A DNA stretch of 64,000 nt from a virus (Duplodnaviria > Caudoviricetes), in IMG/VR virus record IMGVR_UViG_3300043427_003544, positions 2,076 to 66,075 of that record; one strand, written 5' to 3'. This document shows, piece after piece, positions 52,088 to 62,004 of this stretch. The notes under the pieces were generated by a model. It did not search any database. It saw only the letters and a program-made list of their open reading frames with translations, and was not told the DNA's origin. Within the stretch, counting starts at the first letter, position 1. The number at the start of each line of letters is the position of its first letter. Made by a program: the position numbers and the translations under genes.

Positions 52088-53209
52088 ATGCCAGTAATAG
52101 CAGAACCAGAAAGAAGTCAGATTTACACAAGAATCAAACATTTATTGGGTGCACCATTAAGAAGCGTTGAAGTAGAAGACGAGATGATGGATTCCCTCAT
52201 GGAACTTTCAATTCAAGACTACGAACAATACGTTTTGGATTGGTTGATAGAAACCAATTGGGTTAATCTTGTGAATTTAGATATGAGTGTGAAATCAGTT
52301 GCAAAAGCACTTGTCACAAGGACAATGGATTTTGAACAACAATTTCAATATTCATATTCAAAAATTGTGGGTCTTCAAACATCGGGTCCTTGGGTACTAA
52401 AAAAAGATTATTTCACTCTTAGTGCAAACACTCAAACATATACAATTCCCGCTGGTCGTGAAGTAAATGAACTTCTTTGGTTTAGTAACCAACCATGGAC
52501 GATGTTCGGATTGGGTGGTGTGGGATTAGGATTTGGTTTGGATGGTGCGGGGTTAGGCGCTCCTCAGGCAGGATATGCACAATTTGGGTACCAAGGTTCG
52601 TATTTTATGATGTCAGGTTTTGATTATCTGATAAGAGCACAAGAAGCAAATATTTTAAATAGAATTTTAGGTGGTAGTTTAACCTACAGAATAACAGGAT
52701 TACCTGATGGAAAAAAACTCATTCACCTAATGAATACGCCTAACGGAAGGTTCAATTGGACAAGTTATAGTCAGTACGTTGGAAAAAATGTTTGGTATTG
52801 GTATTATGACACTACAGGTGAAGATAGGGATGATTGTTTAAGGTCAAATCCTGATATAATTAAATTACCTTCAGATGTTCCGATTGGTCAATTACAATGG
52901 GTTGATTTAAACGAACCGGCAAAACAGTGGGTACGTAGATGGTTTACAGCATATGTAAAAGAAACCTTAGCAAGAGTTAGAGGAAAATATAGTGGGAATT
53001 TGAAAACCCCTGATAGCGAACTTCAAATGGACTATACAAGTCTTTTGACCGAAGCGGCAAACGAAAAAGCAAAATTAGATGAGGAACTTAAACTCAGACT
53101 AGAAAGGTTGAGGCCTGAAAAACAAATGGAAAAAGAAGCGTTAATTGCCGAAAATCTTAACAAACAACTTAAGTACCATGCCTTTCCTAGACAAATTTAT
53201 GTAATATAA
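52088..53209 (+). CDS. Neck / head-tail adaptor protein (T4 gp13-like)
   Basis: IKHLLGAPLRSVE, W.RRWFTAYVKETLARVRGKY, L..EA..EK..L.EEL motifs. Confidence 0.75.
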   Translation: MPVIAEPERSQIYTRIKHLLGAPLRSVEVEDEMMDSLMELSIQDYEQYVLDWLIETNWVNLVNLDMSVKSVAKALVTRTMDFEQQFQYSYSKIVGLQTSGPWVLKKDYFTLSANTQTYTIPAGREVNELLWFSNQPWTMFGLGGVGLGFGLDGAGLGAPQAGYAQFGYQGSYFMMSGFDYLIRAQEANILNRILGGSLTYRITGLPDGKKLIHLMNTPNGRFNWTSYSQYVGKNVWYWYYDTTGEDRDDCLRSNPDIIKLPSDVPIGQLQWVDLNEPAKQWVRRWFTAYVKETLARVRGKYSGNLKTPDSELQMDYTSLLTEAANEKAKLDEELKLRLERLRPEKQMEKEALIAENLNKQLKYHAFPRQIYVI

Positions 53210-53215
53210 TTGTTT

Positions 53216-53551
53216 ATGGCAATCATCAAAAGTATACCAGCCCAAAGATTAGTACATGGGAGATTAATAGATACTTCAGAAATATCCGTAGTTTCCGAAA
53301 CAGATTATTCCACACAAGGAGAAGATTGTATTATTGTTAGAGGTATTCCCTCGTGTGTCCTCACCTTGAATTCTAGAACTACTGACCATATTGTAGTTAA
53401 AGCTATGACTCACTTAATAATCAAACCTGATGTGAACACAATTGATGAACAATTCGATGAAATTGAGATGGATTTAGGTGCATGTGTTGAATTCAGATTT
53501 GTTGGTGGTTATTGGTACATTCTTTCATCAGACGGTTTGAAACAATCTTAA
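53216..53551 (+). CDS. Hypothetical protein
   Basis: ATG at 53216 just after the gp13-like gene; small beta-rich protein ending GGYWYILSSDGLK. Confidence 0.6.
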   Translation: MAIIKSIPAQRLVHGRLIDTSEISVVSETDYSTQGEDCIIVRGIPSCVLTLNSRTTDHIVVKAMTHLIIKPDVNTIDEQFDEIEMDLGACVEFRFVGGYWYILSSDGLKQS

Positions 53552-56317
53552 TTTTGTTTCCCACCCATTTTCAGCCAATTCATACATATAATCAGGGGAC
53601 AATCCTCTTTTTTCCCAATACTTCAGTTCCTGTTCAGTAACATCAAGTACGTCTTTTTGTAAATCATCTTGGTCTCCCTCACCTAATGGATTCCCATTTA
53701 TCAGTTGGCATTGAGCTGTTGTGAATATTCCTCTCTCGGAAGGTTCAGAAACAATCAATGACTCTCTCACCTCATCTTGAAATACAACAAGTAGAGGTTC
53801 TATTCTTTTATTGAAAGTTGTTATTGCTCTTGGAACGTTGTAGTCGCCAGTCAACTCAGGGTCTTTTTCTAAAATATCCTTATCCAACATATAACAATTA
53901 ACCATAACACCATCTGTAATTGGTTTTGCTTTAGGGTTATTATGTAAATTCACGGCATTTGTATCCTTAATTTGTTTTGCCGTCATCTTTTGTACATCTC
54001 CTTGAGATGCTTTAGTTCCATTATTAACATACATAATAACGTCACCTAAATTCACACTTATATTATTTTGAATTGCCAACTCCATGTGTGCCATTCTAGA
54101 CATAGAATTTCCCGCCTTAGTCTTTGTAGATAATCTTTTTATATAATCATCTATGGTAAGTTTGACTTTGGCTCTTTGAGCAATTTTAGATAATGGTACT
54201 TTTTTGTCATAGATTTTTGTTAGATATTCATAATAATATTCTATAAATTCTTTACCTTGACCATGTAATAACATTTTTATTCCTTTATCTAAGAATTCCT
54301 CGATATATAATGGTAATTTTTTTGACTTAATGCTATTGCCAGTCAATTTTATTTTCCCTTTGGCATCCATTACCGCATAATTTTTCCTGGCCAAATTAAT
54401 ACACGATGGCCAAACACCGTCAGTATCTAAAGCCATTTCACCTCTCATGAATATATCATTATACTCAGCAACATCAGCCTCAGGACCTTTATAAATTTTA
54501 CCTTCTTTAACTTTCCAATTCAAGCCACGACCAACGTATTCCCTCTCATTTGCATCATCAGGGCTTGAAAAGTTCACACCGTCCGTATCCATAACAAGTG
54601 GAACATAACCTTTTGTCATAAAAAACTTAATCATCTGTCGAAGATATTGTCTTCCTGTACAAGTGATTTGTTCACCCATATACATGTCACCCCACGCAAA
54701 AACCTGAGGTGCTGACAATGCTCCGAACATTGAGTTAATAAAGATTTTGATTGGTAATTGTTTGTTAGAATATGATTCGGACTTTTTCTTGTCTTTCTCA
54801 TAAAATTCCTCTGCCAGTTGTTTGTATTTGATACGGGTGTCTCTAAAATACTTTAACATTCCCTTCATCGCACCTGTTACATCACAATCGGGAAAAACAT
54901 CATGTACAAGCTGAATGGAAGGGTATAGAGACGAGAAGTCCAACTTAAGAACGTTCTTACTATATCCAACCTTAAGTAGTCGGGAAAGACCCCCTACGAA
55001 GTCTGTCTTACTTTGTTTAGCGGGTATTGCCAAGTTATTTTTATATGACCACGCCAACATCAACATTTTCCATAATGTTGCTGTTCCCATGGTAGATACT
55101 CTTTCGTATGTTGTTGGAATCATTGCCGCAAGTAAGAAGGAGCCTTGATTAAATTCTTGGTCAACTTTTAAAGTCTCATCCAAGTCATCGTCCAAATATC
55201 GCTCAACTAAGTTAGAACCATTGGTTTTTATATAAACACCTGGAAACTTAAGGTCCAAGTCAGCAAATTCAGATATTTTTTTATATTTCCCATTTTGAAC
55301 ATTCAACCAATATTCCTCATTGTTGCTATACATCTTACCAATATTTTCGTGGTCAATGTATACACGGTCAGGGGCTTCAGCTTCAATAAATTTTGTGATA
55401 TATTTAAGACCTGCACTTTTAATATTTGAATTAATTGCTTGAGCCCTTCTTACAGCATGAATAATATCAATTACATTATAACCCCAAATAGATGTTTGAA
55501 TATAATTTTCAACCTCGTTTGCTAGTTTTAATATATTCTCTTTTCTACTGAAAGAATGTTCAGGGTGTAATGACTTACATATCTTTTTTGGTTCTATTCC
55601 TAATATCTTACATCTTTCAAAAATCCAATGCCAGTCGAAGTTTGCTGAGTTATATCCACCAATAATACTTGGTTTCAATTCGTTGATTACATTAAAAAAC
55701 TCAATGATTGCCCCCTTTTCTTCCTTTTCATCAAGGCATTCAATGACTCTATGATAGCCCTTGTTTGTCTTGATTCCAATCATGAAGATTCTACCATCTT
55801 TAGGCTCCAAAGCATTAGTTTCTAAGTCAAACACCAATCTTGTCACTTGGTCATAATCTTCGAATCCTTTGAACAATCTTTTTTCTTTTGAAATAAGATA
55901 TTGTTCAACTGGAGGCAATACTAATATTTTGTCTTTTGCTTTCTCAGACCAAGGGTCCAAATTACCTTCTCTAAAAAATTGTATAAGTTCTCTATAACCC
56001 TTCAAAGATTTGACAATGTAAGTGAGACCATTTTCTAACCTTTCATTATCTTGGGTTTCAAGTTTTTCTATGAGGATTCCATGTTTGGACATTGCTTCTT
56101 TCTGTGAAGCCTTTGAATTATTATAAAAATTTAATCCACGCAAATCTCCAACCCAAGCAAATGGAATGAAACTATCCTTTCTAATTTCCTTACCTTTGTT
56201 GGGTATTTCTTTTATCTTATAAATTGAGTTTGAGACGTAGTCAAATTCTATTGCAACAATAAATTCTTCGGGGTCGTTTCCATGCAAGAACGACTCTATT
56301 TGCTCATTTGTAATCAT
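53528..56317 (-). CDS. polB: Family B DNA polymerase with 3'-5' exonuclease
   Basis: ExoI FDLET, ExoII GYNSANFDW, motif A LDFSSLYPS, motif B KIFINSMFG, motif C MDTDG, KNYA. Confidence 0.93.
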   Translation of the reverse strand: MITNEQIESFLHGNDPEEFIVAIEFDYVSNSIYKIKEIPNKGKEIRKDSFIPFAWVGDLRGLNFYNNSKASQKEAMSKHGILIEKLETQDNERLENGLTYIVKSLKGYRELIQFFREGNLDPWSEKAKDKILVLPPVEQYLISKEKRLFKGFEDYDQVTRLVFDLETNALEPKDGRIFMIGIKTNKGYHRVIECLDEKEEKGAIIEFFNVINELKPSIIGGYNSANFDWHWIFERCKILGIEPKKICKSLHPEHSFSRKENILKLANEVENYIQTSIWGYNVIDIIHAVRRAQAINSNIKSAGLKYITKFIEAEAPDRVYIDHENIGKMYSNNEEYWLNVQNGKYKKISEFADLDLKFPGVYIKTNGSNLVERYLDDDLDETLKVDQEFNQGSFLLAAMIPTTYERVSTMGTATLWKMLMLAWSYKNNLAIPAKQSKTDFVGGLSRLLKVGYSKNVLKLDFSSLYPSIQLVHDVFPDCDVTGAMKGMLKYFRDTRIKYKQLAEEFYEKDKKKSESYSNKQLPIKIFINSMFGALSAPQVFAWGDMYMGEQITCTGRQYLRQMIKFFMTKGYVPLVMDTDGVNFSSPDDANEREYVGRGLNWKVKEGKIYKGPEADVAEYNDIFMRGEMALDTDGVWPSCINLARKNYAVMDAKGKIKLTGNSIKSKKLPLYIEEFLDKGIKMLLHGQGKEFIEYYYEYLTKIYDKKVPLSKIAQRAKVKLTIDDYIKRLSTKTKAGNSMSRMAHMELAIQNNISVNLGDVIMYVNNGTKASQGDVQKMTAKQIKDTNAVNLHNNPKAKPITDGVMVNCYMLDKDILEKDPELTGDYNVPRAITTFNKRIEPLLVVFQDEVRESLIVSEPSERGIFTTAQCQLINGNPLGEGDQDDLQKDVLDVTEQELKYWEKRGLSPDYMYELAENGWETKLRLFQTV

Positions 56318-56408
56318 AAATCGTATTTAAGTTTGACACATTTGCTTTCACCTAAAGATGAAGTTAGTCTTCAAAGATAAATATAAAAAATGATTTGAAC
56401 TAATCAAA

Positions 56409-56786
56409 TTAACAACAAGGCTCCGTGCTCGAAAAACTATCTTGAACATTGATGTAAATTTCCTCTCTCAAAGGAAGAATAAGATTCCCTTCGTCGTTCT
56501 TAATAAGAAACTCACCAACGTATCTTCCAACAGTGTTTGTATCTCTTTCTGTAAATTGGAAATATATGTAATATTCTGGAGTTGAGCCCGCAGGTAAATC
56601 TAATGAAACAATTCCACAAGGAGCATCAACAATTTTAGGGATTCCTGTAGACGTATCCTTCATTGAAAAATAAATCGAAGAAACAGGAAGACTTTCCATT
56701 AATTCTTGGAACCCGGCTCTTCCGTCTTTTACAACTTGCATTTTAAGTATAGGAAGATTTGCATTCTTTTTTATAAAAAATTCCAT
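56409..56786 (-). CDS. Hypothetical protein (BppU N-domain-like Ig fold, putative structural)
   Basis: MEFFIKKNANLP.LK...YF.FT..DT...G.Y.GEF.I; ATG 56786 has TATTTAT just upstream. Confidence 0.5.
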   Translation of the reverse strand: MEFFIKKNANLPILKMQVVKDGRAGFQELMESLPVSSIYFSMKDTSTGIPKIVDAPCGIVSLDLPAGSTPEYYIYFQFTERDTNTVGRYVGEFLIKNDEGNLILPLREEIYINVQDSFSSTEPCC

Positions 56787-56802
56787 AACAATAAATATGT
56801 TG

Positions 56803-59139
56803 TTATGATTCTTTACGAAGGTCCTTACTATAATGTTCAAATCTATTGTGTTCGGTAGGAGTCATTAATAATATACCAGGATTCAATTCTCCCTTTTTAA
56901 CTAATTGGTACATGTGACTCATCCATGTTTGTTCAAATGGGTGAGCCCAAGTAGTATCCAAAAACATTTTTTTATTTCCCTGTCTTGTAATAATTTGAGG
57001 CCAATTACAATAATAAACCTCCCCTGTTGCATAGGGAGTCCCTTTGTGTGATAAAACATTTTTGTAGATGGTCTTCGGGGCATTTAGGTCTAGTCCTACT
57101 TCAGGTAATTTGGATTTTTCAGGCCAAAACGTTTCTCTGATGTTTTGAGGTACATTGTACCACGACCATTGTGTTGAGTTATTTCCATAAAATTCCGTAA
57201 AATTTAATTTAAGAAAATCAAACTTTTCTTTTTTGACTATTTCTAACGTTTTCAAATACAACTCATCTACATATCTAATAAATCCATTCTTACAGACTTC
57301 CCCTTTTTTTGGGTAGAAAAACATGTCATCTTCAAAAAATAAATAAAAATCTAAATCAGTGTTTTTTTCAAAATGCTCGGCAATAAATTGTCTACCACCA
57401 CAAATACCCAAATTATCTTTTTTGATATGTTCAAAATTATACTTTTCGCAAAGTACTTTATATTTTTCAAATGTAGAACTATCGGTTGAATTATCTAATA
57501 AAAACTTTTTTGTTTTTGATATGTAGTTTTCATCGTATTCCAACATTGATTGTATTAAAGTTTCAAATTGATTTGGACTATTGAAAGTAATCACATACAA
57601 CCCAACTTTAGTTATGTCTAAGTTTTTTTCTTCTCGATTAACTATTTTTTTGGTAATACTACTACTTTTCAACTCCTCGAAAAACGGCCACACAAGTCCA
57701 TTACCTTCGATAGAATATTGAGAAATAATGTCACTATGATTGTGCATTAATATTGTAAAAATACTCTCCTCAGTACCCATATATCCCTCATACAATGAAT
57801 TTTTCAAGTATCCGTAATACAAACCATTTATTTCATTTATAGTTCCCTTTTTACCTCCAAAAAAACCTCCTCTACAAACATATTTCACATAGTCTGTATT
57901 ACAATATCTTGCAAGAGGTTTTCTTTCGAAGCCATGGACCTCCTCACCTCCCTCATAAGGGTATGACAAGAAAATAAAATCTTTTGTTTCCGACATTGCT
58001 TTTTGCAAATTATCAAAAACCTTATCGTGGGTAAAATAACCATAATTAACCGTACTTGTAATTCCTCCATCAATCCAAAAAAAGTATTCTGTGTTGAATG
58101 GGTTCCAAATAGTAACGTTATTCAACATGAACATTTTACTCATCACTAAAGGATTATAGTGTTCCAAAGTTGCTTGTGGAGACTCCCTCAACCACCCAGC
58201 TTGAGACAACCACTTTTCCTGTTTTCTTATTTCATTTGTTTTGTTTGTAAATTCAAACCAATTTTTCAATTCGTCCAAACTCATAAAATTAACAACAGTA
58301 TTGTCCTTTTTTCGTATACTCCAAATAAAATCTTCGTCGGATTTATCTGCAAAAATATACATTGGAATATCAGATTTTAGTAATTGTCCAAATCTTTCCA
58401 AATAATCGGTATAATTTCTTTTGAAAGAAGAATTTAATTCACCTCTCCCTAAATTCCACATTCCTGTGACAATAGTGGTATTATGCTTTTCATTCTTTGT
58501 TTTTTCTTGTGTTACGATAGCTTCTTCTGCGAGAGAAATATCATGCAGATTCATATAACCAAAATTGTCCTTGATATAATTTGAAAATTCCGTAGGTAAG
58601 GGGTTTTGTCCTGTCTCTACAAAAATTTTATTTGTTGGGTCTTTAACAAATACTCCATAATCAAAACGAACACAGAAAGGATAGAAACCCAAAAATCTTT
58701 GGAAAAAGTTTTGAAAAGTTAAATCATCTTGTAAATGAGTTTCATAAACATTACCAAAATGCTCCCCTTGTTTAGAATCAAAAGGTACTGCAACTATTGC
58801 ATTGGAATTTGATACTTTATTAAGTAAAGATATTGCTTTAGGTAAAGAAATATGTTCTATAACATCACCAAATATTATCAAATCGTATTCGTCGAAATTT
58901 ATATTTAATTCGGTTATATCCCCAACAAATACATTATTATATTTTTCTTTAAGTTGGTAATCATCTACGTAGGGTTCAAAAATTTCTACGCAATCTATGT
59001 TATTATATCCCTCGTGGCGTAGTAAATCGGAATATGTTCCAACACCTGGACCAACATCTAAAATCTTTGAATCTTTTTTATATTTTTGTAAAATATAATT
59101 TTTTGTTTCTTTTTTGAAATATCCTGTACTTCTTGGCAT
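56803..59139 (-). CDS. Multidomain SAM methyltransferase + HtrL/WlaTC-like glycosyltransferase + GT-A (GT2-like) protein
   Basis: ILDVGPGVG...GDVIEH; TTIVTG.W.LGR...FFWIDGG...GGFFGG...GTEESI; LYVITFNSP...NLGICGGRQ...FFEDDM. Confidence 0.72.
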   Translation of the reverse strand: MPRSTGYFKKETKNYILQKYKKDSKILDVGPGVGTYSDLLRHEGYNNIDCVEIFEPYVDDYQLKEKYNNVFVGDITELNINFDEYDLIIFGDVIEHISLPKAISLLNKVSNSNAIVAVPFDSKQGEHFGNVYETHLQDDLTFQNFFQRFLGFYPFCVRFDYGVFVKDPTNKIFVETGQNPLPTEFSNYIKDNFGYMNLHDISLAEEAIVTQEKTKNEKHNTTIVTGMWNLGRGELNSSFKRNYTDYLERFGQLLKSDIPMYIFADKSDEDFIWSIRKKDNTVVNFMSLDELKNWFEFTNKTNEIRKQEKWLSQAGWLRESPQATLEHYNPLVMSKMFMLNNVTIWNPFNTEYFFWIDGGITSTVNYGYFTHDKVFDNLQKAMSETKDFIFLSYPYEGGEEVHGFERKPLARYCNTDYVKYVCRGGFFGGKKGTINEINGLYYGYLKNSLYEGYMGTEESIFTILMHNHSDIISQYSIEGNGLVWPFFEELKSSSITKKIVNREEKNLDITKVGLYVITFNSPNQFETLIQSMLEYDENYISKTKKFLLDNSTDSSTFEKYKVLCEKYNFEHIKKDNLGICGGRQFIAEHFEKNTDLDFYLFFEDDMFFYPKKGEVCKNGFIRYVDELYLKTLEIVKKEKFDFLKLNFTEFYGNNSTQWSWYNVPQNIRETFWPEKSKLPEVGLDLNAPKTIYKNVLSHKGTPYATGEVYYCNWPQIITRQGNKKMFLDTTWAHPFEQTWMSHMYQLVKKGELNPGILLMTPTEHNRFEHYSKDLRKES

Positions 59140-59144
59140 AAATA

Positions 59145-59831
59145 TTATTTATAGTCTGTGAAAATATCTTTATATAAATTTACATGAGATGGAGTATTAA
59201 ATAAAGAATATGCGTTGTGAGGCTCACTTAAAATCCAATTCTCGGCAGAGAATCTAGTTTCGAATTTGAAATTTTTATCAATTTTTTTTACATAAAAAGA
59301 ATTAACCCAAAAAAAGTTCCCATTAAATATTTTAATTAATTTATATTCTCCGTTTATCGATGCAGAATGATTTTGATAATTTATTCCGCAACAATTATAG
59401 CCTTCCTCGAGTATATCAACACATTTCGTCCAGTTTTCAATCAAGAAATACTCCATCATTTCTCTCCAATTCATACAGGGTATTTCATTCTCAGTTCCTT
59501 GGTGTGTTACGCCCTTACTATGTATGTACAATATTTTGTAGTTTTGAATTGACTCATCACAAAACTTTTTCAATTCAATTATTGTTGACGATTCAGCAGT
59601 TGATGTAGTGGGTTCAATGAACATAATTTCGTAGTTATAATAATTTAACATTAGTTCATTAAATCTTTGTATATCTTTTTCAGCGTTTCCATTATGAACA
59701 ACACCTAATTTCAAGGTAGACAAACTTAGTAGTCCTGAATCCTTTAATTTATCTAATTGTTCTTTAACAATGGATGACCAATCCATAAACAAGTAAATGT
59801 GATAAAATATATAATATTTCTGCACAATCAA
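59145..59831 (-). CDS. Putative glycosyltransferase-related protein
   Basis: FYHI..., LYIHSKG, WREMMEYF, GNFFW, RFSAENWI; within the glyco cluster; TTG start uncertain. Confidence 0.45.
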   Translation of the reverse strand: MIVQKYYIFYHIYLFMDWSSIVKEQLDKLKDSGLLSLSTLKLGVVHNGNAEKDIQRFNELMLNYYNYEIMFIEPTTSTAESSTIIELKKFCDESIQNYKILYIHSKGVTHQGTENEIPCMNWREMMEYFLIENWTKCVDILEEGYNCCGINYQNHSASINGEYKLIKIFNGNFFWVNSFYVKKIDKNFKFETRFSAENWILSEPHNAYSLFNTPSHVNLYKDIFTDYK

Positions 59832-59834
59832 ATT

Positions 59835-60704
59835 TTAATCTTTATAAGAGGAACAACTTTCAGTACTATATTTTGACTCGTCATACAAATCCATAATTTT
59901 TAGAATGCCCTTTTGTAAGTCATTCCAATCGTCAAATTCAAAATATTTGATTTGTTCTTGTTTACTTATCAAAACACAAAGAACTTCTTGGTCACTTGTA
60001 TAAAATCCGTGTTCGTTGACCATTCTCTTAATAATATTTTGATAATCCTTAAAATAATTTAGAACTAATTTACTACTTCCACCAAAGAGCCCACCGGGTA
60101 TTATGAATGAAGAAACCCCAAACATACTATCAATCCAAGCCTTTTCTTGATAATTGAAAACTATATGATTTCCTTTCAAAGAAATGAAACCAAAATCCTG
60201 AATGTTCGAAAAAATTCCGTCCAAGAATTTTTTACTATGAGCAATTTCACACATATAATCTCTCCAACCAACACCACAACTTGTACCAAACAATCCTGAA
60301 TCAATCCACACTACAGAACCATCAAAATTTTCTGATTCTCTAATCAAATAATCTAACTTGTTATACATTACTTCAACATAATTGTCAACGCAATGAATTC
60401 TATCCCATATACAACCTTCTGATATTTTTTTTAATTGTAATGGTTTTATAACTTCAGAAAAAAATTCACCATTCAATTCATTAATTTTAATTGTAATGTT
60501 TGGTTTATTAAATAATTCATTCAAGTTGTGATTTTCCAAGGTTTTTTTATCGGTATAAATTACATATTCGTATTCGTCAAATATTATATTTTCAATTGTT
60601 TTGGCAAGGACATGGAAACCTTTATAAAGTCCTCCCCCTCTTTCTGTTATGTAATTTAAGTCATAAATTGACGTTACTATTTTTTTACCTGTACCAAGTG
60701 TCAT
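59835..60704 (-). CDS. HtrL/WlaTC-like glycosyltransferase
   Basis: IVTSIYD, IYTD, YVEVMYNK, WIDSG, GGLFGG, SDQEV; parallels the central domain of 56803..59139. Confidence 0.65.
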   Translation of the reverse strand: MTLGTGKKIVTSIYDLNYITERGGGLYKGFHVLAKTIENIIFDEYEYVIYTDKKTLENHNLNELFNKPNITIKINELNGEFFSEVIKPLQLKKISEGCIWDRIHCVDNYVEVMYNKLDYLIRESENFDGSVVWIDSGLFGTSCGVGWRDYMCEIAHSKKFLDGIFSNIQDFGFISLKGNHIVFNYQEKAWIDSMFGVSSFIIPGGLFGGSSKLVLNYFKDYQNIIKRMVNEHGFYTSDQEVLCVLISKQEQIKYFEFDDWNDLQKGILKIMDLYDESKYSTESCSSYKD

Positions 60705-61401
60705 GTTTTGCAATTAAGAGATTTATTGATTTCGAGCTAGTATTTTTTAATTTTATTCCATTATATAGCGCCGAAAAACACATTTCATCGATGTTCCCGG
60801 CCGGAACATTTGATAATTTTTGAGAGTTTTTTATTTCTATACATTTATCCCAACTCTCTATAAATTTGAATTTTTTATCGTCATCGATTGAAATATATTG
60901 AATCAAGTCTTCAGGCATTTCATTCAATTCAATCTTATCGTAGTATCTATCAAAGTTTTGTTCATAAATTAAGAATCTTCTTCCTAACATACTAGTTGAG
61001 TTAATTTGTTGAGAAAATGAATATGTGACTTGACTTCCTATTGTGTTGGATTCAAAAGTATTTAATGCTGAATTTATATCAAATCTATCGGAAGGAATTA
61101 TATCAGTATCTACTAATATAACTTTATTATGCCCCGATTCGAAAGCAGACAAAAGCGAATATCTTTTTACAGAAAAATCAAAATCATAATAGTTTTTGTT
61201 GTATGAAAGATAATCTTGATTATAATCACTTATATTTTTAACTGAATTAAATTCGTATTTGTCTATAGAATCAGGAGAATCCGTAACAATAAAAATTTGA
61301 GGAATTTCTGAAAGTTTCGAAAATTCTTTTAACAATCTATTTGTTTGTTCATAATACCTATCACCATAACAGAATGTCGCAATTGCAAAATCTAAAATCA
61401 T
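60685..61401 (-). CDS. Putative GT-A glycosyltransferase
   Basis: ATFCYG..Y, IVTD, FDFSVK, DxD motif VDTD; ATG 61401 preferred. Confidence 0.5.
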   Translation of the reverse strand: MILDFAIATFCYGDRYYEQTNRLLKEFSKLSEIPQIFIVTDSPDSIDKYEFNSVKNISDYNQDYLSYNKNYYDFDFSVKRYSLLSAFESGHNKVILVDTDIIPSDRFDINSALNTFESNTIGSQVTYSFSQQINSTSMLGRRFLIYEQNFDRYYDKIELNEMPEDLIQYISIDDDKKFKFIESWDKCIEIKNSQKLSNVPAGNIDEMCFSALYNGIKLKNTSSKSINLLIAKHDTWYR

Positions 61402-61402
61402 A

Positions 61403-61993
61403 TTAAGATTTTTGAAAACAAGCCCAAGCGGCAAACTTGAAATCTGTCTTACTATATTCTTTCAAATTCAAAGTTTTTATAGATTCTTCTATATCAGAAT
61501 ATGAAATTTCAAACCAATTCCAATGTTTATCTTTCATTTCATTTATAAATGTGTCATAATTATAACAATAATCGTGAGCCATTATAATATCTTCTTTTTT
61601 TAAAAATGGTGAATATCTATTAAATTCTTCTACCTTATTCCCGCCATCACATAATAAAAGAGATTTACCATGATTTGTCAGTAAATCAACTACTGTAGAT
61701 TTAAATACCTCATCTCTTTCATCTAAAATATGATAAATAACATTTCTATCATTCAACTCCTTTTCAACATAATCTCTATATCCAATATCAAATGTATGAA
61801 TATTATTTTTTAAATTTTTTTCTTGAACAATATCACTTAAAATATAGGTCAATCCACCGAAAGAGGTTCCTATTTCTATAATAACATCAAAATTTTCCTG
61901 CTCGAGTAATAATTCAAAATAAGTTTTAATTGTTTTTACCTGTTGAGTAGTGTGTTTCCCTAAATAATTGAACGCCCCTAAAACTTCTGTCAT
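61403..61993 (-). CDS. Class I SAM-dependent methyltransferase (CmcI/Methyltransf_24-like)
   Basis: IIEIGTSFGGLT, TFDI, LCDGG, IMAHDY. Confidence 0.75.
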   Translation of the reverse strand: MTEVLGAFNYLGKHTTQQVKTIKTYFELLLEQENFDVIIEIGTSFGGLTYILSDIVQEKNLKNNIHTFDIGYRDYVEKELNDRNVIYHILDERDEVFKSTVVDLLTNHGKSLLLCDGGNKVEEFNRYSPFLKKEDIIMAHDYCYNYDTFINEMKDKHWNWFEISYSDIEESIKTLNLKEYSKTDFKFAAWACFQKS

Positions 61994-62004
61994 TTTTTTT
62001 ATTT

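Noticed and set aside
53528-56317. Intein or intron in polymerase, helicase or RNR
   Set aside because: Sizes are normal, catalytic motifs are contiguous, and no intein splice or LAGLIDADG/HNH signatures were seen.
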